Part shown: in pieces, positions 10,120-18,831 of the stretch
Layout: each line of letters opens with the position of its first letter
Numbering within the stretch: the stretch's first letter is position 1
Assembly: GCA_964627945.1 (NCBI GenBank)
Contig: CAZVKW010000006.1
Coordinates: 1 to 47,909 of the forward strand
Source: an uncultured Lentimicrobiaceae bacterium
Lineage (GTDB): Bacteria; Bacteroidota; Bacteroidia; Bacteroidales; F082
DNA: 47,909 nucleotides
Direction: 5' to 3'
Program-made: the position numbers and the translations under genes
The notes under the pieces: model-generated
The model's input: the letters and a program-made list of their open reading frames with translations, nothing else
Told to the model about the DNA's origin: nothing
Database searches by the model: none

Positions 10120-10935
10120 TTATTCCTGAATAAGAAGTTTTTGGGAATATAACTTTGAGCCGGTATTTACCCGCACGATATAAGTTCCAGGAACCAATTG
10201 ATGTGAATTGTTTGAAATGATGATGTTTTCCTTATTATCAGCAATATAACCATCAAATGCTTCCATAATACGCCTTCCGTTTAGATCATAAACAGATACA
10301 TTCACATAGCTTCCTTCTGTAACATTTAGCTCAACTGTACATTCATCCATTGCCGGATTTGGCATGAGGGTGAAAAAATTGTCAGCTTCTTTTGAATCAG
10401 AAATTCCAACTGCAGATGGTTCATAAAGCAAAGTCATATTGATGAAATAAGCTTCATCAGGTATTGTAGGGTTAAAGGTTACGGTTCCTTTTGTAAAAGT
10501 TGTAGAATAGGATGGACCAGGTGATCCGCCGTTGGCAGAATTACGACTGGTATATTCAATCCAAACCTGATAATCTCCGTCAGGAACTAGATTTCCTGTC
10601 AGATCGCGGCAATCCCAGGTAACTGTATGGGTTTGGTGATTGCTCAGTGTTGCTCCAGTGGTTGCATCTGCTGAATTGTTGCCTGAACTTGCCATCCATT
10701 TCACCAGATGTTGTTTGCGGTTATTGGCCATGACCTTTCTTGAAATCACAAAATTGCCGTTGGCATCTTTGATCCAGATCGCTAGAACATTTTTTGGTGA
10801 ATAAGTGGCTCCGTTTGAAACAGTTTTTGCAGTAAAAGTAAGAGTTCCATCTGTTGCAGCAATCTCTTTTTCATTTTGAGCTAGCATTGAATTTGTCATA
10901 ACAATGACAAAAAGCAGGAAAAATAGTTTTCTCAT
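10120..10935 (-). CDS. secreted DUF2271-like protein with T9SS C-terminal sorting domain
   Basis: 271 aa with a signal peptide. AIWIKDANGNFV ... TTGATLSNHQTHTVTWDCRDLTGNLVPDGDYQVWIE matches the DUF2271 pattern as I recall it. The C-terminal ~80 aa (LMPNPAMDECTVELN...YDLNGRRI...GTYIVRV...KLLIQ) are a typical Por/T9SS tail. Confidence 0.7.
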   Translation of the reverse strand: MRKLFFLLFVIVMTNSMLAQNEKEIAATDGTLTFTAKTVSNGATYSPKNVLAIWIKDANGNFVISRKVMANNRKQHLVKWMASSGNNSADATTGATLSNHQTHTVTWDCRDLTGNLVPDGDYQVWIEYTSRNSANGGSPGPSYSTTFTKGTVTFNPTIPDEAYFINMTLLYEPSAVGISDSKEADNFFTLMPNPAMDECTVELNVTEGSYVNVSVYDLNGRRIMEAFDGYIADNKENIIISNNSHQLVPGTYIVRVNTGSKLYSQKLLIQE

Positions 10936-10957
10936 AAATTGATAGTGTTTTGTTTGC

Positions 10958-10965
10958 CAAAATTA
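10958..10965 (-). promoter_or_regulatory. -7 promoter box (TAATTTTG on minus strand)
   Basis: Plus-strand CAAAATTA, 22 nt upstream of the minus-strand start at 10935. Confidence 0.45.
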
Positions 10966-11042
10966 TCAATAATTAATTGAATATAGGAAGTAAAATGCTA
11001 ATTGATGTAGGTTCTATACAACATTTCAACTAATTTCGTTGT

Positions 11043-11564
11043 ATGGGATCTATTTCTAAGCAAAAATCGACTGAAAGCAGGCCTAAATATACACCGATTC
11101 CAACTAAAGCGGATTCTGTGCTTCAATTTGTTGGTATTTTTTTGATTATTCTAATTTGGGTAAGTGCATTTAGTTTTTATTTTCGATTGCCGGAAATCAT
11201 TTCTGTTCATTTTAACTTATATGGCGAAATGGACAGAATGGGAAGTAAAAATCATCTGATTCTGATTCCCATCATTGCAACATTTCTTTTTGTTTTGATG
11301 ACCATTCTTTTAAGATATCCTGAATCTTACAATTATCCTGTAAAAATCACAGCTGAAAATGCACAAAAGCAATACCAGCGAGCTATCCGGTTGATTCGTT
11401 GGCTTAATTTTTCCCTTGGTCTTATTTTTAATAGTGTCTTGTGGATGATGTTTGTTTCAGCACAATCAACCTCCAATATATGGAATTTGCTTTTTATCCC
11501 TGCTGTTATATTGCTTTCAATTATTCCTTTAATATTTTATTTATCATCAAGTAAACAAAGGTAA
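11043..11564 (+). CDS. DUF1648-like polytopic membrane protein
   Basis: 173 aa with four hydrophobic helices. The PEIISVHFNLYGEMDRMGSK segment following TM1 is typical of DUF1648. Confidence 0.65.
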   Translation: MGSISKQKSTESRPKYTPIPTKADSVLQFVGIFLIILIWVSAFSFYFRLPEIISVHFNLYGEMDRMGSKNHLILIPIIATFLFVLMTILLRYPESYNYPVKITAENAQKQYQRAIRLIRWLNFSLGLIFNSVLWMMFVSAQSTSNIWNLLFIPAVILLSIIPLIFYLSSSKQR

Positions 11565-11570
11565 ATTATT

Positions 11571-12203
11571 ATGAATCAAAAAATTGTAATTTTTATTCTC
11601 ATTTTGTCAGGTGTTTTTTCAGCTTGTCAGAATACAGGGAAAAGCGAACAGAATGAATTGCCTCTTGCTTATTTCGAAGGGACTTATCGATTTTCAGAAT
11701 TCGAATCTATGACTATAGGAACCTGGTTTGTTGCTGACTCATCATGTATGCTTTTAAAAAAGAAAGATGCAGATAAAGAATTTAATGCATCTTCAGGCTT
11801 CGTTCGAAAGTCAGGGGATCTTTATATTTTGGATGCCGGAAATGAAGGGCGATTGGTATTTCGTTACGAAAATCAGCAACTGGAAATATTGAATAATGAA
11901 GGAGAGCCTATTAGTCGTGATTCGAAATTTATACTCTCCAAAATTGGAAAATGCCCGGATCCAAATCAAGTTTTTTCAGCACAAGTCTGGTTTCCTGGTT
12001 CAGATCCCGGAGTCATTACTTTTTGTCCGTCCAATATCAGGATGAAATTTCAGTATGAACAAATGGATACAATTCAACAAATTTCGGCTAACAATAAAGT
12101 GTTTGAGGCTCAATTATCTGTTATACAAGATGATATGAGCCAGACTCTACAATTGAAATTAATTCGAATCAAACAGGAACTGAATGTTGAAAACTGCAAA
12201 TAA
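11571..12203 (+). CDS. hypothetical lipoprotein
   Basis: 210 aa. Signal peptide with lipobox VFSAC. It starts 6 nt after the previous gene. No family recognised. Confidence 0.6.
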   Translation: MNQKIVIFILILSGVFSACQNTGKSEQNELPLAYFEGTYRFSEFESMTIGTWFVADSSCMLLKKKDADKEFNASSGFVRKSGDLYILDAGNEGRLVFRYENQQLEILNNEGEPISRDSKFILSKIGKCPDPNQVFSAQVWFPGSDPGVITFCPSNIRMKFQYEQMDTIQQISANNKVFEAQLSVIQDDMSQTLQLKLIRIKQELNVENCK

Positions 12204-12258
12204 TGATGGTTGAAGATGAAACAAGACCAGGTATTAAGATGCAGATGTCATTTGATCA

Positions 12259-12296
12259 AACCTATTCTGAATTCAGGTTCGACTTTTTTGTTTTTT
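12259..12296 (+). terminator. possible rho-independent terminator
   Basis: AACCT...AGGTT stem enclosing the palindrome CTGAATTCAG, followed by TTTTTTGTTTTTT. The stem is weak. Confidence 0.35.
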
Positions 12297-12379
12297 GATA
12301 CATTAATTAGAATTATTCCAATTTGAATCGGACCATAAAAATTCCAGTTGAATTTGAATGGTGGATCAAGTAAAAGATG

Positions 12380-12387
12380 TAATTTTG
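12380..12387 (+). promoter_or_regulatory. -7 promoter box (TAATTTTG)
   Basis: Exact TAnnTTTG match 72 nt upstream of the gdhA ATG. A TTTG lies 23 nt upstream of the box. Confidence 0.45.
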
Positions 12388-12458
12388 CAGTGTTAAGAAA
12401 TTAACAATGTGAATTTATAACAGACTTTTTCGCATTATCAATACTAAACACTTAAGCG

Positions 12459-13796
12459 ATGAAATTAGAAAAAATCATGAATGACCTGGAAAAGAAACAT
12501 CCGGGTGAATTAGAGTATTTGCAGGCAGTACGCGAGGTTCTGGAATCTCTTGAAGAAGTGGTTGCACAGAATCCCCAGTTTGAAGCTGCTGGTATCATCG
12601 AACGGATTGTTGAACCAGACCGTGTTCTGATGTTCAAGGTGCCTTGGGTCGATGACAATGGCAAAGTTCATGTTAATCTGGGATACAGGGTGCAGTTTAA
12701 CAATGCAATCGGACCTTACAAAGGAGGTTTGCGTTTTCACCCCAGTGTAAATCTTAGCATCTTGAAATTCCTTGGCTTTGAGCAGATTTTCAAAAACAGC
12801 CTTACAACTCTCCCAATGGGTGGTGGTAAAGGTGGTTCAGATTTTGATCCAAAAGGCAAATCTGACGCTGAAATCATGCGTTTCTGCCAGGCATTTATGC
12901 TTGAATTATGGAAACTGATTGGACCAGAAACTGATGTTCCAGCAGGTGACATCGGAGTTGGTGGTAAAGAGATCGGTTATATGTTTGGAATGTATAAAAA
13001 ACTGACCCGTGAACATGTGGGTGTTTTGACCGGTAAAGGTATTAACTGGGGCGGAAGTCTCGTTCGTCCGGAAGCTACCGGTTTCGGAGCAGTTTATTTT
13101 GCTCAGGAAATGCTGGCAACCAAAGGTCAGGAATTTAAAGGTAAAACAGTCGCTATTTCAGGTTTCGGAAATGTTGCCTGGGGAGCTGTTACCAAAGTGA
13201 CCGAATTGGGTGGTAAAGTAGTAACAATTTCAGGTCCTGATGGTTATATTTATGATCCTGATGGTATTTCAGGTGATAAGATCCAATATCTGCTCGAATT
13301 GCGTGCTTCAAATCAGGATATCGTAAAACCATATTCTTATGAATATCCAGGCGCTCAGTTTGTTGCCGGAAAGCGTCCATGGGAAGTGAAATGTGATGTT
13401 GCTCTGCCTTGTGCCACCCAAAATGAATTGGGCAAAGATGATGCAGAAACACTCGTAGCCAATGGTTGTATGTGTGTTGCTGAAGGTGCCAATATGCCTT
13501 CTACACCTGATGCTGTTGAAGTATTTAAAAAACATAAAATTTTGTTTGGACCTGGTAAAGCAGTTAATGCTGGTGGTGTTGCCACTTCAGGACTCGAAAT
13601 GACACAGAATTCGATGAAAATCAACTGGAACAGTGATGAAGTTGATGCCCGATTACACAGCATCATGAAAAATATTCATGCTTCATGTGTGAAACATGGA
13701 AAACAGGCCGACGGTTATGTCGATTATGTTAAAGGAGCCAATATTGCAGGTTTCCTCAAAGTAGCCAATGCTATGATTGATCAGGGAATCCTATAA
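12459..13796 (+). CDS. gdhA: NAD(P)-specific glutamate dehydrogenase
   Basis: 445 aa. Motifs GPYKGGLRFHPSV, LPMGGGKGGSDFDPKG and GFGNVAWG (Rossmann fold) are present. Confidence 0.96.
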   Translation: MKLEKIMNDLEKKHPGELEYLQAVREVLESLEEVVAQNPQFEAAGIIERIVEPDRVLMFKVPWVDDNGKVHVNLGYRVQFNNAIGPYKGGLRFHPSVNLSILKFLGFEQIFKNSLTTLPMGGGKGGSDFDPKGKSDAEIMRFCQAFMLELWKLIGPETDVPAGDIGVGGKEIGYMFGMYKKLTREHVGVLTGKGINWGGSLVRPEATGFGAVYFAQEMLATKGQEFKGKTVAISGFGNVAWGAVTKVTELGGKVVTISGPDGYIYDPDGISGDKIQYLLELRASNQDIVKPYSYEYPGAQFVAGKRPWEVKCDVALPCATQNELGKDDAETLVANGCMCVAEGANMPSTPDAVEVFKKHKILFGPGKAVNAGGVATSGLEMTQNSMKINWNSDEVDARLHSIMKNIHASCVKHGKQADGYVDYVKGANIAGFLKVANAMIDQGIL

Positions 13797-13814
13797 ATTC
13801 TATTGTGTAAATGG

Positions 13815-13849
13815 AAAGCCGGTTCAATTTGGACCGGCTTTCTTTTTTT
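13815..13849 (+). terminator. rho-independent terminator
   Basis: Stem AAAGCCGGT (13815-13823) pairs with ACCGGCTTT (13833-13841). A T-rich run (CTTTTTTT) follows. Confidence 0.85.
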
Positions 13850-13893
13850 GCTTATCTGGCGTACTGATTCCTGTTCAAATCCGGCAGAAAACG

Positions 13894-13901
13894 TAAATTT
13901 G
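13894..13901 (+). promoter_or_regulatory. -7 promoter box (TAAATTTG)
   Basis: Exact TAnnTTTG match 31 nt upstream of the ATG at 13932. Confidence 0.45.
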
Positions 13902-13931
13902 TGCTCATTATCCACTCAATTTCTGTATTAA

Positions 13932-15968
13932 ATGGAGTTTTTAAATCCCGGGATGTTTTTTGGCTTTTTTGCCCTAATCATACCTGTGATTATTCATTTG
14001 TTCAACTTCCGAAGATACAAAACCCTGTACTTCAGTAATATTGAATTACTTAAAACAGTTAAGCAACAAACAAGCAAAACAAGTTCGATCAAACATCTAC
14101 TGGTTTTGTTTTCAAGGCTGCTGCTGATAAGTTTCCTGATTCTTGCTTTTGCTCAGCCTTTTATTTCTTCAAAAAATTCAAATACATCAGCAAAGAATTC
14201 ACTTGTCACTGTCTATCTGGATAATTCCAGAAGTATGCAGGCTAAGGGGAGTGAGAGTTCTGTTTTTGAAGAGTCGAAATGGCTTGCTTCAGATGTAATT
14301 TCTAATACTTCAAAAGAAAAACAATTTCTGGTTTCTGAGAACAATTTTTTACCTGGACATTCCTATCCATTGAGCCGTCAGGAAGCATTGACTGCAATCA
14401 GCCAGATTTCAGTTATTGGACCTCACCGGAAATTTTCCTCAGTTATCGAACACCAGAAGGGCCTATCAGCCGTGGACAAAAGTGAAAACAGAGTTTTGTA
14501 TTACTTCTCTGATTTTCAAAGTTCTTCGTTTGAAAAGGCTGAAAATGTTTCAGATACAAGTCTGATTCTTGTTTTAGTTCGCAACAGTCCGGTTGAAAAA
14601 AAGAATTTATTTATTGATAGTTGCTGGTTTACAACACCTGTCGTACAGGCAGGTTTTCCTGCGGTTTTGAAAGTCAGAATATATAATGCCGGAAATGAGG
14701 CAATACGAAGTTTGCCAGTAAGGCTTTTCATAGGTGATGAGCAAAAAGCCATTCAGAACGTAGATATTGAGGCTGAAAAATCTGTTGAAGCAAGTATGCA
14801 GTTTATACTTTCCGAATCTGGGTCATTTCAGGGAAAAGTATCAATAACTGACTTTCCACTGGTCTTTGATGACGAAATGTTTTTCTCTTTTTCTATAGCT
14901 AAAAACATCAGGGTTTTAGAAATTTCTGAAAATGAAGCCAATCCTTATCTTCGAGCTGTTTTCGAGAGCGACAGCTTGTTTACGTTTCAGGTAATGCATC
15001 CTGCAAGAGTGGATTACCAGTCAATAAACGGGTTTAATTTTATCATAATCAATGGTTTATCTGATATTTCAGATGCATTGCAAAGATCAGTTCTTAGCTA
15101 CCTTAATCAGGGTGGAAATCTATTATTGGTACCCAATGGGAATGCCTCAGATGTTTATAATGGCCTCATTACCAGGCTTGGATTCAGATTAAACAACATC
15201 ATTGATACATCTCAAACCCGCGTTTCAAGTCTTGATCAAAACCATGCTTTTTGGACTGATGTGTTTGTGAAGATTCCGGAAAAAGCTGATTTACCATTGG
15301 TTAGCAAACATTTTTCTGTTCATACAGAAATTGAATCAAATGTTCAGGTTTTGATGCAATTGCTTAACAGTGATCCTCTTTTGATGCTTTCTTCATTGGA
15401 AAAAGGTTCAATATATACCTTAACCTGTCCGCTCGATCCAAATTTCACAAATCTTGTACAGCATAACCTGTTTGTTCCGATGATCTACAGGATGTGTTTC
15501 AGTGCGAAAGAAAACGGATCATTGTATGAAATATTAGGTAAAACAGATAGTTATGATGTAAAAACATCCATGATAGATGATGTTCCTTTCCGGATTTTAT
15601 CGGCTGACCAGCTTTTTGAATTTATACCGGAAAACAGATCCAATGAAAATGGAACAAAATTATTGTTTCATGGTTCAATTCAGAATCCGGGCCATTATTT
15701 GCTCATGAGAGGTGATAGTTTGATCAGCATTGTTTCGTTCAATGAAAACAGAGATGAATCAATGCCTGAATATCTTGATGATGAGCAACTTATGAAGGTA
15801 GTTCAAAAACAAAATTTTCGTTCTGTGAATCTGATCGGAAATAATCATTCTGATATTTTGGAATTTACCAATGTTTCAGAAAAGGGATTTCAATTATGGA
15901 AATATTGTATCATTCTGGCCCTGATTTTTATGTTGTGTGAAGTCTTGATTATCAGATTCTGGAAATGA
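13932..15968 (+). CDS. BatA-type N-terminal double-TM domain protein
   Basis: 678 aa. The N-terminus MEFLNPGMFFGFFALIIPVIIHLFNFRR is the aerotolerance BatA-type membrane anchor. A C-terminal TM helix is also present. No MoxR, DUF58 or other Bat partner genes are adjacent. Confidence 0.7.
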   Translation: MEFLNPGMFFGFFALIIPVIIHLFNFRRYKTLYFSNIELLKTVKQQTSKTSSIKHLLVLFSRLLLISFLILAFAQPFISSKNSNTSAKNSLVTVYLDNSRSMQAKGSESSVFEESKWLASDVISNTSKEKQFLVSENNFLPGHSYPLSRQEALTAISQISVIGPHRKFSSVIEHQKGLSAVDKSENRVLYYFSDFQSSSFEKAENVSDTSLILVLVRNSPVEKKNLFIDSCWFTTPVVQAGFPAVLKVRIYNAGNEAIRSLPVRLFIGDEQKAIQNVDIEAEKSVEASMQFILSESGSFQGKVSITDFPLVFDDEMFFSFSIAKNIRVLEISENEANPYLRAVFESDSLFTFQVMHPARVDYQSINGFNFIIINGLSDISDALQRSVLSYLNQGGNLLLVPNGNASDVYNGLITRLGFRLNNIIDTSQTRVSSLDQNHAFWTDVFVKIPEKADLPLVSKHFSVHTEIESNVQVLMQLLNSDPLLMLSSLEKGSIYTLTCPLDPNFTNLVQHNLFVPMIYRMCFSAKENGSLYEILGKTDSYDVKTSMIDDVPFRILSADQLFEFIPENRSNENGTKLLFHGSIQNPGHYLLMRGDSLISIVSFNENRDESMPEYLDDEQLMKVVQKQNFRSVNLIGNNHSDILEFTNVSEKGFQLWKYCIILALIFMLCEVLIIRFWK

Positions 15969-15986
15969 TAGAATGGAGTAGAATCG

Positions 15987-15994
15987 TAAATTTG
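15987..15994 (+). promoter_or_regulatory. -7 promoter box (TAAATTTG)
   Basis: Exact TAnnTTTG match 48 nt upstream of the parC ATG. Confidence 0.45.
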
Positions 15995-16041
15995 TAAACT
16001 AAAATCAAAAATAAATTCTGGCTTAATTGTCATAAATATAT

Positions 16042-18759
16042 ATGGATCTGGAAAATACACATAGTTCTGGTGACGGGAACAGAGAAGGACATCGCACATT
16101 GCAGTTAAGTGGAATGTACGAGAGCTGGTTTCTCGATTACGCTTCATATGTGATTTTGGAGCGTGCAGTTCCTGAAATCGAAGATGGATTAAAACCTGTT
16201 CAGAGACGATTGCTGCATTCGATGAAAGTACTTGATGATGGTCGTTATAACAAAGTGGCGAATATCATTGGGAATACAATGCAATACCATCCTCATGGTG
16301 ATGCCTCGATTGGTGATGCTTTGGTTCAGCTTGGACAAAAGGAAATAGCGGTTGATACGCAGGGTAACTGGGGAAATGTTCTTACCGGCGATAGTGCTGC
16401 AGCTCCAAGATATATTGAAGCTCGGTTATCGAAATTTTCTAACGATGTGATTTTCAATCCAAAAACGACTGTTTGGAAGCTTTCTTATGATGGAAGAAAC
16501 CGTGAACCAGTCACTCTACCTGTTAAGTTTCCATTATTGCTTGCACAGGGAGTTGAAGGCATTGCAGTCGGACTCGCATCGAAAATCTTGCCTCATAATT
16601 TCAATGAGTTAATTGATGCTTCAATTCAAATACTTAAAAATGAGGATTTTGAATTATATCCTGATTTTCTGACAGGGGGCTTGGCCGATTGCACAAAATA
16701 CAATGACGGGATACGGGGTGGTCGTATCAGGATACGTGCAAGAATTAGTCAATATGATAAGAAGACGCTGGTAATTAATGAGATACCATTCTCAACTACA
16801 ACTCAATCACTGATAGATTCTATTATTGTTGCAAATGATAAGGGTAAGATTAAAATCAGGAAAATTGATGACAATACCGCCAGAAATGTTGAAATTCTGA
16901 TACATCTTGCGCCAGGTGTATCACCTGATCAGACAATCGATGCTCTGTATGCTTTTACACTCTGTGAAGTTTCTGTTTCGCCTAACTGCTGCGTGATACT
17001 TAAAGGAAAACCAGCATTTATCGGAGTGAGTGAAATTCTTCGGCATAATACCCATCAGACAAAAAATCTTTTAGAAAAGGAATTACTGATCAGGATGGAA
17101 GAACTTGAAACTGACTGGCATTTCAGTTCTCTGGAAAAGATTTTTATCGAAAACCGCATTTATCATGATATTGAACAATGCGAAACCTGGGAAGAAGTTA
17201 TCACAGCGATTGATTCAGGTTTGAAACCATTTATCGTCAATCTGCGTCGTGAAATTACGGTTGAGGATATTGAGCGTTTAACTGAAATCAAGATCAAACG
17301 TATTTCCAAATACAATGCTTTCAAGGCGGATGAATATATCAAAGGTCTTGAAAATGAAATGGAAGAAGTTAAAAATCACCTGGCAAATCTTGTTGAGTAC
17401 ACCATCAATTTTTACAGACAGATTAAAAAGAAATATGGTGCCGGACGTGAACGAAAAACTGAATTAAGAAGCTTCGATACAATTCAGGCAGCTGCTGTTG
17501 CAGCAAATAATGAGCGACTGTATGTTAATCGTAACGAAGGTTTTGCAGGCTTTTCACTGAAAAAGGATGAATTTGTTTGTGAGTGCTCAGATATTGATGA
17601 TGTGATTGTTTTTCGTGAAAACGGTACTTTTTTAGTAACAAAAGTGAGTCCGAAGTTCTTTGTCGGAGAACATATTATTCATATCAATGTTTTCCGAAAA
17701 AACGATGATCGTACCATTTATAATCTGATTTATCGCGACGGAAAGAAAGGTCCGTATTTTGTGAAACGGTTTGCTGTTGTGGGAGTTACGCGTGATAAAG
17801 AATACGATCTTACAGGGGGAAAACCTGATTCAAAAGTTATGTATTTTACAGCCAATCCAAACGGAGAGGCTGAGAGTTTGAAAATTTCATTACGACCTCA
17901 ACCAAAGCTTAGAAGAACTTCTTTCGAATTCGATTTCAGTACATTGGCCATCAAGGGAAGAAGTTCAAAGGGAAATACACTTACCAAACACGTAATCAGA
18001 CAGATAGTGAAACGCGACGAAGGTGTTTCAACCTTAGGTGCACGCGAAATCTGGTATGACGATACCGTGAAACGACTCAATACTGATCAGCGTGGCACTT
18101 TGATTGGAGCATTTATGTCGGACGACAAGCTTCTGCATTTGTTTGAAAATGGCGAAGTGAAACTTTCAGGATATGATCTTTCCACGCATTTCGAAGATGA
18201 TTTGCGACAAATTATGAAGTTTGAACCAGATGATACTTTTACTGTGATCTATACAGAAGGTGAAACAGGTTTCTACTATATGAAAAGGTTCCAACTTGAA
18301 GATGAAATACCTGTTAATAAGCGTTTTAGTCTTGTTGGAGATCATCCTGATGCCAAACTAAAACATATTCTCTTCGACGATTTTCCCCAGATTCAGCTTG
18401 TTTATGATGTAAATGAGAAAGGCAAAAAGCCCGAGGATGAGATCATTGATGCAGTGCAGTTTATCGGAACAAAGAGCTATAAAGCCAAGGGCCGTAGGTT
18501 AACAACACATCCGCTTGCTTCACTTGAAATTCTGGAACCACTTGAACCTGAGATTCCAGAAGAAGAAGAAGAAAACGGAATAGAAAACGAAGAATTATTG
18601 GAATATGATAACGAATCTAAAGAAGAAAATGTAGCCGAAACTGCTATAAATGAAATAGTTATCAATGATGAAAAGTCTGTTACTGAAGAAGAGACTGAAA
18701 ACGAAAGATCTTTAAAAAATCCGGGAGAAGGACCTAAACAAATGGAGATTGAGTTTTAA
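16042..18759 (+). CDS. parC: DNA topoisomerase IV subunit A
   Basis: 905 aa. GLKPVQRRLLHSM, YHPHGD and the catalytic-tyrosine context AAPRYIEARL are present. The C-terminal domain architecture is the Bacteroidota ParC type rather than GyrA. An acidic C-terminal tail is present. Confidence 0.9.
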   Translation: MDLENTHSSGDGNREGHRTLQLSGMYESWFLDYASYVILERAVPEIEDGLKPVQRRLLHSMKVLDDGRYNKVANIIGNTMQYHPHGDASIGDALVQLGQKEIAVDTQGNWGNVLTGDSAAAPRYIEARLSKFSNDVIFNPKTTVWKLSYDGRNREPVTLPVKFPLLLAQGVEGIAVGLASKILPHNFNELIDASIQILKNEDFELYPDFLTGGLADCTKYNDGIRGGRIRIRARISQYDKKTLVINEIPFSTTTQSLIDSIIVANDKGKIKIRKIDDNTARNVEILIHLAPGVSPDQTIDALYAFTLCEVSVSPNCCVILKGKPAFIGVSEILRHNTHQTKNLLEKELLIRMEELETDWHFSSLEKIFIENRIYHDIEQCETWEEVITAIDSGLKPFIVNLRREITVEDIERLTEIKIKRISKYNAFKADEYIKGLENEMEEVKNHLANLVEYTINFYRQIKKKYGAGRERKTELRSFDTIQAAAVAANNERLYVNRNEGFAGFSLKKDEFVCECSDIDDVIVFRENGTFLVTKVSPKFFVGEHIIHINVFRKNDDRTIYNLIYRDGKKGPYFVKRFAVVGVTRDKEYDLTGGKPDSKVMYFTANPNGEAESLKISLRPQPKLRRTSFEFDFSTLAIKGRSSKGNTLTKHVIRQIVKRDEGVSTLGAREIWYDDTVKRLNTDQRGTLIGAFMSDDKLLHLFENGEVKLSGYDLSTHFEDDLRQIMKFEPDDTFTVIYTEGETGFYYMKRFQLEDEIPVNKRFSLVGDHPDAKLKHILFDDFPQIQLVYDVNEKGKKPEDEIIDAVQFIGTKSYKAKGRRLTTHPLASLEILEPLEPEIPEEEEENGIENEELLEYDNESKEENVAETAINEIVINDEKSVTEEETENERSLKNPGEGPKQMEIEF

Positions 18760-18764
18760 CTTTG
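18757..18764 (+). promoter_or_regulatory. -7 promoter box (TAACTTTG)
   Basis: Exact TAnnTTTG match overlapping the parC stop codon, 68 nt upstream of the ATG at 18832. Confidence 0.4.
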
Positions 18765-18831
18765 CAAAAAAATGTGTAGTTAATTTGATCATAAAAGAAA
18801 TTATAAGATATTGAATAATAATAGTATACGT

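Noticed and set aside
10966-10980. TCAATAATTAATTGA in the 10936-11042 divergent region resembles the palindrome at 43149-43162 (shared ATCAATAATTA plus TTGAA).
   Set aside because: Shared AT-rich 11-mers are expected many times by chance in 48 kb at this composition. This copy is not a perfect dyad. That is insufficient evidence for a common regulon.
12203-12298. 31-codon ORF (MMVEDETRPGIKMQMSFDQTYSEFRFDFFVF) whose ATG overlaps the stop codon of the upstream lipoprotein gene (TAATG).
   Set aside because: It is very short. Its 3' end is simply the T-rich tract of the putative terminator, and nothing suggests coding beyond being open.
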